Positions 27,532 through 38,890 of a DNA stretch of 64,000 nt are shown here, piece after piece (position 1 is the stretch's first letter; each line of letters starts with the position of its first letter). Source of the DNA: Tubulanus polymorphus (taxonomy: Eukaryota; Animalia; Nemertea). The notes below the pieces were generated by a model. The model did no database searches and was not told the DNA's origin. It saw only the letters and a list, made by a program, of their open reading frames with translations. The stretch lies in assembly GCF_964204645.1 (NCBI RefSeq), contig NC_134031.1:17925910-17989909 (forward strand). Reading direction: 5' to 3'. The position numbers were made by a program, and so were the translations under genes.

Positions 27532-28168
27532 TGAGAAAGAAAGATTCCGTATATTTGGGATTTTTCTTGAACCAAATTTACCAGTTTCGACTCAACGCGT
27601 TATCGATGAAATTTCAACACAAAAAGAAAACAAAACGTATTTCGTCGGTAGTTCGAGAGAAAAGGCTGATCAGAGGTATCGTCGTGATTCGCAAACAAAA
27701 CAATCAGAATTCATCCACGATTTGAAACTACGCAGGTCTATGAAAACTCGTTCCACGCATAATCTCATTTCAATTTCTATGGCAACATTAATCAAATTCA
27801 TACCCGTGGTTTGATTATAATTATTATCACTAGGCTCGAGTTCTTAATACGGACTTAACCTACTAGTACCAGTTAATCCCGATAGCTGCCAGCAGGGGAT
27901 CTTGAGGTCCAATTACACCGCAGAATGACGTCCAAATCAGGTTATCGCGTCACATTGGATGAATATAGTTTTTTGAGACGATAACAATGAATAAGTATAT
28001 TTATATATGTGTGTTTTCCTAAATAAAAAAAAAATTAACGTATGTTACAATAGACTTCGGAGACAAGATTTAGAACACATGATTTTTACACATCACTTCT
28101 TACTGAAATGAATTGAGGAAGTCGATACCACAGATTTACATCAATGCCTAGCTTCCAATTGTCCGAGA

Positions 28169-30052
28169 CTAATTCAACTTCATATTATATAAGGACGTTA
28201 AAGTTTTTTGGCTTTTCTTCAATGTAATCGTCGATTTCGCTGATTTTGCTTTCGGTTTAACACCGCCGCCGATTACGGCAGTATTTCTCCGTATAAACGA
28301 TGAATGTCCGCCGAGTCCGTCGTATCCGACGCGTTTTTTCGACTCGTATCTATTCGAATTCGCCGGTTTCAAAATGTTATAACTGTAAATATCCGGTAAC
28401 GAGACTTCGTCGTCGTCGTCGGCGCGTGGACGTTTTCTCGGAGCCGCCGCGGTACTACGTTCCGAGTCGGGAGAAAACATATCCGCGCTCGACGAGTCCA
28501 AGTCGATCGTCAATTTCGGAGCCGATTTCGTCGTTCGTAAAGTTTTCGGCGTATCGTCCAAGCAAATGACCGAATCGTCGAGTTTCAGCGCGGAAAACGC
28601 GACGCTACGAGTCGACATCGATGATTTATCGGCGACTTTTTCCTGAGTGGGAGTCGATTTCATGAGGTAGAATTTCATACGCTGCTCAAGGTCGGCGATC
28701 TTATCATCGCGATCTTTAAGTTTCTGCTTGCAGTTGAGCAATCTGAGATTGTAATCCTTCAGAGTTCGTTTTTGTCCGTCGCGCAGTTCCTTGAATTTCA
28801 CGAGTTCTCGTTTCAACGCGACGACGTACGTGCACATTTGTTTCATTTTCGAATCGCCGTTCGCGTTTTTTTCGCTCAACAGTTCTTGAATTTCGGTCTC
28901 GCAACCTGGAACGGAAGACAAAACATTTTGGATCAGCGTTGAAAAATGCAGCTTCAGCTTCATCAGAACTTTTAATTGCGTAACCTTCATCAGGGTGGTC
29001 ACTTTTATTGACTTTTTCGATCTGACAAAACAATCTAATCAATTAAGGGCTTCGTTCGTCCAGGCTGACCAAGCCCTTAACCCTTTCAGTGCGTCAACAC
29101 CGCAGTGCAGTGTATGAATCTCAGTGCGTCAACACCGCAGTGCAGTGTATGAATCGGTGATGGATTTTGCTAGTACACTGCGGTGTATTGATGTAATTAG
29201 TTTTATCTCTATTGAAAGATGGCAGCACCTGTCAAACATAGTGAAATATTAGTAACTAACGATACACCGCGCCGTGGTGTAGAGGCACTATTATAGTGGT
29301 ATTCCCGTTATTCAACACACTAGGGTGGAATTTTTCAAAATTTTCAAATCATCTCCAGCACTGTAGGGTATTGATTAGTCAGCACTGAAAGGGTTAATTC
29401 AGTCAACATAAATAGGCGTACAAAGACTGTTTGATTTCACGCCCCATCTAGCTGTCTCGACAAATTTCCCTGATTTTTGTAAAGGAAAGTAAATTCCCCG
29501 ATTTCCAGGTAAGTGGCCACCCTGTTCATCTGCGTGAGCTAAGTCTCTACCTGTTAGAATAGTTCTGACATCTTTCAATTCTTGCATCGTCTGTTTCGCT
29601 TGATGAGCTTCTTGTTTCGCGACGTCCACGAGTTTCTGCTGCTCTTTCAGGAACCGCACCTGCCCGCGCAACGTTTTACTGACGGCCATTTCGTCGTTCA
29701 AAGACGCCGTCAATTGCAGCTTCTTCTGAGTCAACTCGACGACCTGCGCGCGCACGCCGCTCAGATCTTTTTCTTTCATACTCAACGACGCTTGCACCGA
29801 ATTGAGTTCGTTTCTCAACCGTCCGACGTCGCCGTCGCCGTTCGAACCGACGATCGAGTCGTCGTGATTATCGAAATATAGTTTTTTGATGAGTTCGTTC
29901 GTGCGAAACGGTTTACGACATTGCGGACATGTTTTTGATTGATTCACCCATTGATTCAGGCACCGTTGATGGAACGTATGTCCGCAGATGATCGCCGATA
30001 CTTCGGCGTTGTCCTCGTACGCTTCGCAGCATATGCTACAACCGATCTTCAT
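28169..30052 (-). CDS. TRAIP: E3 ubiquitin ligase TRAIP (exons 30052-29551, 28905-28169)
   Basis: N-terminal RING CSIC...CGHTFHQRCLNQW...KTCPQCR...KKLYFD, coiled coil, conserved GYDGLGG, and C-terminal PIP-like QKTLTSLY. Confidence 0.9.
29077..29397. mobile_element. piggyBac-type MITE (copy 4, internal ~35-bp tandem duplication)
   Basis: TTAA|CCCTTTCAGTGC...GCACTGAAAGGG|TTAA in the TRAIP intron. Confidence 0.9.
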
Positions 30053-30792
30053 CACGACGACGATTTCAGATCTGAAAATAACAAAAACATTCAATATTAA
30101 CAAAGCATATCAATCCAAAATGACGTAGATCGAGAAAGGGATTGATTAAGAAGCGAGGAAAGTAGCTGCAACAAGTAGGCCACCAGATAGGAAATGTGCC
30201 CACCGCCATCATTGCTCATATGGCCGGCAATAAATTTATAAGCACTTTACACGTTAATACTCAATCCAGCGATTAAGCAACACCAAATGATAGGCCTACA
30301 TCATATGCTTATACGCACACACAGAGCAAATTCTACACTAATATATTAGTAGCAGGTAAAAAAAATCCAGCTTTTGATGTTATGACATTTTCGACAGTGA
30401 GAAGTTTTTAAATTGAGTGCTATTCAATATGTCGTCACCGGTCGTCGCAAATCTATATATTATGCAGAATTATTAAGAAGGTTTTAGGGAGGGGTACGAC
30501 TACAGTACTACTCTACGAGTGAGTTTATGAATGGTGAAGTCTAAGAAGTCGAAGATTGAAATTCACTATTTTTTGTTCTAAAATTGCAACTTAACGTCCT
30601 TTGCCTATTTTGATTATTTCGATAATATGGTAGTGCTACTATTGACAATAACAGCAGAACTGCAAGTGACAACTTTGTCATCCAACATTTCTCTGTGTGT
30701 CTGTAAGAACTTTTTTGAAGGAGGTTTTTGTACAAAGTGGCTTGCGGGTTGGTCCCAGCTATGCCCCCTCCCCCCACCGCGACCAATTTCTG

Positions 30793-30834
30793 TACTACCA
30801 AAAATTAGCGAGCTAGGCCACCCGGAATGCTCTC
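30793..30834 (+). repeat. 42-bp direct repeat, left copy
   Basis: TACTACCAAAAATTAGCGAGCTAGGCCACCCGGAATGCTCTC; 41/42 identical to 56257-56298. Confidence 0.9.
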
Positions 30835-30849
30835 AAGTCAGGTCGAAAT

Positions 30850-31060
30850 CACGGGGGTTTGGCGATGGGCTTGGATTTTATTTCCGGGTTGTTGATAATC
30901 TCGCGAGAATGGCGCTAAATATGAACTGCGAATAAATTCAAAATATCACGGAACTAAATTGTGTTTATATTGTTTATTTATCCGCTATAAAGTTTCGATA
31001 AACAATTGGTCATTAAGAATCATTTGATTATCAGACGGTCGTCATCGCCAAACCCCTGTG
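30850..31060. mobile_element. MITE with CAC...GTG TIR and 8-bp TSD
   Basis: CACGGGGGTTTGGCGATG / CATCGCCAAACCCCTGTG, flanked by GTCGAAAT / GTTGAAAT. The empty site is seen at ~56302. Confidence 0.85.
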
Positions 31061-31119
31061 GTTGAAATAGAAAATTAGTGTTACTGCAGTAACAGTCCCT
31101 TCTCTGATACACAAGCTGT

Positions 31120-31360
31120 ACAATAATCTGTTAATCCAGTGTCTATGATATATGTCAATAGATCCACATAGGATTAACGGATTATCAATTGTTTTTTACA
31201 GTGCCTACAACTCTGATACGGGTCGGGTCGCTGTGCTCTCTCTCGATAATCTGTTAATTCAGTGTCTATGATATATGTCAATAGGTCGACATAGGATTTA
31301 CGGATTATCGATTGTTTTTTACAGTGCCTACAACTCTACTACGGGCCGCTGTGCTCTCTC
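31120..31360. repeat. Tandem duplication, ~125-bp unit x2
   Basis: ATAATCTGTTAAT(C/T)CAGTGTCTATGATATATGTCAATAG...GCTGTGCTCTCTC repeated. Confidence 0.85.
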
Positions 31361-32185
31361 ATTCACTGTTGACTGTGTTGTGTGTGGATGAAGTGAATTT
31401 AGCCTAATTAATTAGTATTGATTCGAAAAAGGGAAATGTAAAAAAATGATCGTGACATTTGTCACAATTCCAGATTGCGAATCGGTTTTAAAGCGCCGAT
31501 GGATTGCTTATATGATTCTATTCAATGACAATGATTTCGATATCTCAGATTCACTCACCGGCTTCGATTCAGTTCTGATTTGGAATGATGTCTGTCTGCA
31601 GAGTTTCCAGAACCTGTCATGTCAGGTATCAAGACCTGTCATGTCAGGTCCCGAAAAAACCAAAACTCGCAACAATATTTGACGAAACGGCGAAATATCT
31701 AGGCATGTGCTAGACGAATGGAAGAACATTTTGAGTTGAATGAATATTCTGATCCGTCGTAAATATCGAAAATGATTCAACAATAACGATAAGGAAAATG
31801 TTCTGGCTAAATTCATTTGAAAGGTTGATTTATAAGAAGAAAATATTTATGTGTAAAATGATTTATTTCTGTATTAAAGGAAAAAAATAAGTTTCAGGCA
31901 TAGATGAATTAATTAATGTAGAAGTAAGGGAATATTTTCGATAGCTGAATCGAGGTCTTGATATTTCGTTTCCGCAATAAGACACTGAAAAATATCTGCT
32001 CACTATCACAGACACAGTTCGCCGGCATCACTCCTCACTGTCCTGAAGTCTCACTATTTATATTCATTGTTTTTATGATGTACATATAAAAAAGAGCCGA
32101 ATGCAATATAGAGACTGATTTTATTGAGACTGATTTTAAATCAACTCATCAATTTAAAGGTTTTTTTTCTATTTATATCAGTTTT

Positions 32186-32483
32186 AATGCAGACCTGTCA
32201 CCACAGCCACAGGTCGCGAGAAATTCTGCAAAATGGCGCGAGCTGCCGTGTGGAGGTCTCGCTTCAAAATTATTGTTTTATAGTAACTTAAGATTTAATC
32301 TATCTATGGTAAGCAATTGATATTATACTCATTACTACAATGAGACCAAAAGAATTCAAGTTTTCCTTCATTTCATCACTCAGTTTTATAATGCAGACCT
32401 GTCACCACAGGTCTCGAGAAGCTCTGAAAAATGGCGCGAGCTGCCGTGTGAGGTCTCGCTTCAAAATTATTGTTCTATAGTTA
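32186..32483. repeat. Direct duplication of a ~100-bp GC-rich segment
   Basis: TAATGCAGACCTGTCACCACAG...AAAATGGCGCGAGCTGCCGTGTG...GGTCTCGCTTCAAAATTATTG at ~32186 and ~32389. Confidence 0.85.
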
Positions 32484-32491
32484 CTTGGGAT

Positions 32492-33144
32492 TTCACCCAG
32501 TCCTGAGAATGGCCGGTTCGCGAAGCTCCGTATACTGCCTATACTAAAGAGCTCGCGTGAACCACCCACCCAGTCACGTAGTCGTTATTTTACTTCGAAA
32601 TTGCCGACTGGCGCTCAGTCGGCACTTTAACCACTCGGTCCTCGGCAACTACTCATCCGATTTCAATAAATAAACTACCTACACTGACCTTATGTTGTTA
32701 TCTTTTCATTGTTTACACCCCAAAGAATATATTTGAAGTTCAAGTGGCTGGAAATTGCCTCTATAAATATTTTAGTACCGCTTTTGTTTTACTAAAAACG
32801 GGTTCCTCGCGAGACTCACCCGCATGAAAAAATCAATATCTTAGCAACACAACAATAGATACCGCTTTGCGCGACTCGTGGATATTTGACAAGTCATGAA
32901 AAATCGTTTCATACACAAAATACGATGACAAAATGACTAAATAAACACAACAGTAAGAACAAGAAAGATCAGAGGTTTGCAATGATGGTTTATTTTTTGA
33001 AATCGGATGAATGAGAGCTGAGTAGTGATGATGTAATTAGAGTTGAATTAAAAAGAATTTAAAATCGCCGCGTATATGGCTTCCGCGACTTAGTGTCAGG
33101 GGTCGCGTTAGCGATATACCACTGGCACTAAGGTTCTCAGTGAA
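32492..33144. mobile_element. Non-autonomous DNA transposon with 8-10-bp TSD (long form)
   Basis: TTCACCCAG ... CTCAGTGAA with CTTGGGAT duplicated on both sides. A 121-bp form with the same ends lies at 44394-44514. Confidence 0.8.
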
Positions 33145-33642
33145 CTTGGGATTAACTATATCCATGGTTAGAAATTTATTTTTATGGCCTTAAAGTTCCA
33201 CGATATTGTTCAGCTGGCTACTGGCGTGTATTCAACCCGGCAGAAGTAGAACCTTTTCATTCAACTTCTATAAGCTCTCAAATGTAAATCCATTCATTCT
33301 TCAACAATAGAGACACAAATTGCGGCTTTTCAGGGTTGTTGATATCATTCATACGCGCTATTGAGTACGTCACGCTATTGAATACGTCACCGGCTGGCCA
33401 CGGTGTACACAAGCATAGGCCATTCACCTCTGCACACTCACACTGTGAACATGCTACCGTGGATTCTCCTCCTGGCGATTTTCGCTGCGCTCCCGCTCCT
33501 GCTCCTGTTCCTGCTTCCTGAGGAACGACGTCTTTATGTTTTATGTGTTACTGTTTGTCTCTGTGCTGTCCTGTACTGTTCCGTGTTTATTAATCCGTTC
33601 TTTTTTTCAGGGCCGATTTCTCTGTCGAATTTCAACGTTTGC

Positions 33643-34419
33643 TGGAACAAAACTAATGTCCAAAAGCGTCAGCTCTCCTTCGCTGGTCATGTGTCGAGGA
33701 TGTCAGACAAAGAGTTGGTCAGGAAATTCTGCCCTCTACACGCCCTCATACGGAACACGAAAACTAGGATGACGAGGCCTCACTGCCCCCACCTATCTAC
33801 AAAGTGTGCTGAGTGATGTCAATGACGGGCATATCTGTGGGATTGCGCGGGATACAAATGGAGTGGTTATACTGGATTGTCACGCTACTAGCATTCATTG
33901 TGTCCTTGTGACCGCCCGGATGAGGGATGATTCTACTGTCACGCTCTTTGTTTCTGGTATTCTGAGTCGGCTGAGGGATGATTCTACTGTCACGCTCTTT
34001 GATTTCTAGTTTGAGTGCTAGTTTTCATTGTGTCCTTGTGACAACCTCGGTCAGTGGATGAAGTCTCTCGTCAGCTTGTGAGTGCTAGTTTCATTGTGTC
34101 CTTGTGACAACCTCGGTCAGTGGATGAAGTCTCTTGTCACGCTTTTGGGTGCTAGTTGAGATCCTGAATCTCAACCCGGTCAAGCTGGTTGTACTGCGCC
34201 ATTTGTGTTTCGTGCAATTTTACAGGTGTGTCAGTTACTGACGTCGCCCAGTACATCCTGCAGTTAGATGGGGAATGTGAGGCGTCGTCATCCTGGTTTT
34301 CGCGTTCTGTGTGAGGGCGTGTAGAGGGCAGTATATTCCTGGCTGGCTCTTTGTCTGGTGTTCTGGGCATGTGACCGGCGACGGAGAGCTGTAAAGCTTT
34401 TGAACATTAGTTTTGTTCC
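33643..34419 (+). ncRNA. Candidate long hairpin RNA: inverted pair of RTE-like LINE 3'-end fragments with a structured loop
   Basis: 33643-33897 is the imperfect reverse complement of 34146-34419. The arms encode degenerate RQLSFAGH..RM.DKEPAR..ALYTPSHGTRKPG (non-LTR ORF2 C-terminus). Hand count of transition differences: ~32 G.U-compatible vs ~9 A.C-type on the + strand. Confidence 0.6.
33885..34156 (+). repeat. Tandem ~65-70-bp repeats in the hairpin loop
   Basis: CATTGTGTCCTTGTGAC x3, GAGGGATGATTCTACTGTCACGCTCTTTG x2, GACAACCTCGGTCAGTGGATGAAGTCTCT x2. Confidence 0.85.
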
Positions 34420-34932
34420 GTACCAGGTTTTCATCGCTCTTCTCTTTTTTTTCATTTCAGGACTCCCAAGATGAAGAAGAAGATGCTGAAGGCGACTACA
34501 GAAGATGCCGAAAAAAGAACACTGAACTCAGCAATATTGAAAGTTAAGTTGAAACACATGTAAATTACGATGTATGATACAGAAAGGATTGTGTAACTAC
34601 AGAATATCATTCTTTTGCTCATTTCAGCTAAACGTAATCTGGAAAGGCCCAGCTTGATATCAACCTAAAATCTACCCACCAGAAGTGACCACAAAAGACT
34701 CCACCTTGAATAAAGCAACCACCGAAAAACCTGCTGCAACCGAACCTGGCAGTCTTGACCTCATTCTGCATAAGCAACAGGAATGCATGCATAGCGGGAC
34801 ACAAAGCTAAGTTGATTTTTCGACTTGAATTAGGCCTACATTATTTTATTATATTATCTTGTTGTAATTTTCTAGTGTAATTTAATTCGTGAATAAAGAA
34901 TAATAATAAATAATACCTGGAGCAAAATGCAT

Positions 34933-35143
<211 letters not shown>

Positions 35144-35194
35144 TAAATATAAATAGATAATTAAGATGAAGATTGGTCAGTTATTAATTCAGAT

Positions 35195-37930
35195 TTTTGT
35201 AAGTACGTACAATTAAGATAAATTCATTATCTTATGTGACATTTGAAATTTTTCGAATGTACCGTAGATATTTCAGGCCTCATATGACTATTGTTTAACT
35301 GACAATCAAGATATAGAGATAGGACAATTTACTAATCAACCAATCGCTTAGATATTAGCAATCATTCAATATCTTATAATGTTTGATGAGAAATTTTTCT
35401 GGTGTAGATATTTTAGGGCCCCGTAAACATTTAGGCTGGCTTTACTCGTAAAGATATATATCAATTAAACTTTATCGTCGGTTAATAGATTTTTTTATGA
35501 ATAGTATATTGATACATTTATAAACATTCAGGCACTTTACAGTATATATTATGTACTGCTTTACCCATTGCGTTAATGAATTTCTCCGCAGAAAGATGTA
35601 TGAAATAGTGTCTAGGGCTCTATCGAGATCTGGTGTAATATGGGGAAAACTATGGACTGTGGATCTTTTAGAAACTATGATTACGTCTCGGCACTTCGAC
35701 AAATCTAGAATGAAACAAAGCTTAAATTGATCCAAATCATTCCCCAGAGCCATACTCTGTGCCTTGTTTTACGCTATGATTATTGATTAACTGACAATTA
35801 TCATATATATAGCTAGGACAAATTGCTCATTAACAAATGGCTTAGATATCCATAATTAAGATTCCACAATCAATATTTCATGTAAGATTAAAAACTATAT
35901 GTAATACAGGTCCATAATATATGTCGTTAAACTGACAATTTAAATATAGCTGATATATGTATGAGCACATCTGAATTAGTCTCATCGACTGATCAGTACT
36001 TGCATCTTAAACTGCCGTACTTACGGCGACTGGTCATGCTCTTCAATATTGCCAAAATTTACCGAAATCTAACTGATTCAAATAATATCTAAAAGCATTA
36101 CTGTGTGTCAAGTGACGCATAGTAGATATCGTTTAACTGACAATTAGAATATAGCTTGAATTACCCATTAACGTATTACTTAGATATCTACAATTAAGGT
36201 AAATTCATTTGTTATGTGAAAATATTTTTAATTCAGGTCCATGGACATTTAAAGCTGATACATGTGTATCTGAGCACATTTATTTGTATCTAGTGAACCT
36301 ATTGTGTCTTCATACAGCTGTATTAGTTTTGACACATATTGCCAAAATCATTTATCGCAGATTTACTTCCGATCGGAGGGAGATAAAACAAATCTGTGCA
36401 CAAATACATTCCTGAATTTGGAGGGGAGAATATTTCAATTTCACTGTGTATGTCAGATTGAGAGCCTTATTCTGACAGGATATCCTAAACTTATCTTATT
36501 CCTCTTGCTAATAGCTATCTTTTACTAACCCCTCTCCTTCAATCTATATTCCAGCATCATGACTCGCACCGCACTAGGGAGGTCCAGTCATAACAAGGTC
36601 TTTCGATCCTTATACACAGTGTACTGTAAAAGGGAAATAAAGATTATATAGCCATTCGGCTAAGGGAATTTCTAATTTACCACTAAAAATATGCTTTTTT
36701 ATCTTTAATTTCTGATGAATTCAAATAGTGACGAATTCACCACATCTGAAATTCTACTCATGTAGATTTTCAGGCTCCATATAAATATTGTTCAACTGAC
36801 AATTAAAATATAGCTAGTATGTAACTAATTAATGGTTCGCTTAGATACCTAGAATTTAATTAAAATTAATTCAATGTAATGAATATAAGTGAAACTTATT
36901 CAAAATTGCACAGTGGATGAGACGACTGTATCGCGCAATGTCATCTGCGTCTAACTGGGCCACGTGTGTGTGTGGGATCTGTTGAATCAGTTAGGTTTTG
37001 GGGGATTCTGGGTTAATTAAGCTAGGTATCAAAAGCTCTGATGCAAAATTAGCAGTTCAAATAGTGATTAATTCAAATTCGTACCGGATCTGAAATTCTT
37101 CTCGTGTAGAAATATCAAGCCCCATTTAAGATATTGTCCGAGACAATTTCAATTATAGCTAGGACATTATCAATTAACTTATTGATTAGGTATCTAATTC
37201 AGCATCTTCATATAAGGTAAAAGTGCTCAAATCTAAACCATAGGGGTTGATTAGACAACTGTATAATTTAATATTGATTGATAATATTGATTGATAGATA
37301 AAGAATACTGGGTATATTTTAACTCTGTCTCTTGTGCGTGGGATTTAATGAATCTTTAAGGCTTTGCAGAATTCTGGATTTGTCGAGTTGTGGGAATGAT
37401 TCGAGGTTTCTTAAATCTGTAGAACCATGTTACTTATAGGATCAGTGTGCTCAATGCTGGCAGCGCACTCACTCTTCAGTTAGTTACATTATCATAATTA
37501 CAAAATCATTGTATATATTAGGAGCAATATTTAGAATTAATGAAATGGATTAGAATACCATTCCCTGGGTACAGATGTCACCATCTGTGGGTAGAAAACA
37601 TCTCTTAAGTTTATTAACTGATGATGAAGTAAATTTGATAATACGAACATGGTTTAGCTGACAATCGGAATATATATAGGCCAATATTACTAGCAGGTTT
37701 GCACTGTATGATGGGCCTGGGTTTCAATAAAAGACACATCAAGAATTTCAAGAAGATAGAAGAGAAAACAGTTGAAAAACGATTTGATAAGATTGATTAT
37801 GAATTACTAAATTTGTTGTAACTCTGGTATTCCTAGAGATGTCTATAGATGCTTTAGTTGAATTGCTGTTAAACTATAATAATCAACCATTGCTTAGATA
37901 TTTAGAATATAGATGAATTACTATATGAGT
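35195..37930 (+). repeat. Degenerate ~150-bp module repeated ~7-9 times, with unique spacers between copies
   Basis: AACTGACAAT at 35297, 35789, 35930, 36135, 36794 (degenerate 37140, 37656). GTAGATATTTCAGGC-like at 35265, 35404, 36762, 37106, 39386. CTTAGATA at 35347, 35841, 36179, 36840, 37893. Confidence 0.75.
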
Positions 37931-38199
37931 TGAATTTCATAAATATCATTTATGACTATTATAAAAATCTACGTATCGATCCACATTGCTGATCTTATAT
38001 ATGAATTGACATGATAATTATGATCAGTGATATTCGAAAGGATTTTCTGCTCAAAAGGTTTTGCTCTTTTCTTCAGCTTGCCGTTTCAGACTGATTGGAA
38101 GATAGTTTGAATGAACCGGAATCGAATTTCCCAATTATGTAATTCGATTTAAGACATACTCGAGAAAAACTACAATAAACTTTAAAAAATTAGACAAAT

Positions 38200-38890
38200 T
38201 TAAACGGTGAAAATAACAAAAAAATTAAAGTTAGACAAAATTCTCCCACCTTGTAAACTTTCGGACTAGTTACATGAAAAAAAGACAAAATATTGTAAAA
38301 TATAGTTATTTCCAAAATCTCGATGTATTGAATTAGGCAGAAAAAAAAATAGATAAAATTATTCAACCTTGTAAACTTTCGGACTAGTTACATGAAAAAA
38401 AAAACCAAATATTGTAAAATATAGTTATTTCCAAAATCTCGATGTATTAAATTAGGCAGAAAAAAAATAGATAAAATTATTCAACCTTGTAAACTTTCGG
38501 ACTAGTTACATAGAAAAAAAGACCAAATATTGTAAAATATAGTTATTTCCAAAATCTCGATGTATTAAATTAGGCAGAAAAAAATAGATAAAATTATTCA
38601 ACCTTGTAAACTTTAGGACTAGTTACATGAAAAAAAACCAAATATTGTAAAATATAATTATTTCCCAAATCTCGATGTATTGAATTAGGCAGAAAAAAAG
38701 TTAACCCCAATCAGTCACTTAATATGTGCTTCGACTATTTAAACGGTGAAAACGACCAAATAAATTGAAGTTAGACAAAATTATTAAACATTGTAAACTT
38801 TCGGACTATTTACATTAAAAAAAGACCAAATATTGTAAATTTATCTTCAACAATAATATAGTTATTTCCAAAATCAGAATTAGGCAGAAT
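38200..38890. repeat. Minisatellite, ~118-bp unit x~5
   Basis: ACCTTGTAAACTTTCGGACTAGTTACAT at ~38248, 38367, 38484, 38601 and, degenerate, 38790. Confidence 0.92.

Noticed and set aside
34020-34140. Hammerhead-like CTGACCGAG...GAAAC on the minus strand of the loop repeats
   Set aside because: The core deviates from CUGANGA, stem II closure is wrong, and stems I and III could not be built.
35472-37820. RT-like peptide echoes in spacers (FILDLSKC at ~35700 minus; KRFDKIDYELL at ~37780 plus)
   Set aside because: Too short to separate from chance without a search.
35195-37930. CRISPR-like repeat-spacer appearance
   Set aside because: Eukaryotic DNA, long degenerate repeats, irregular 150-450-bp spacers and no cas genes.
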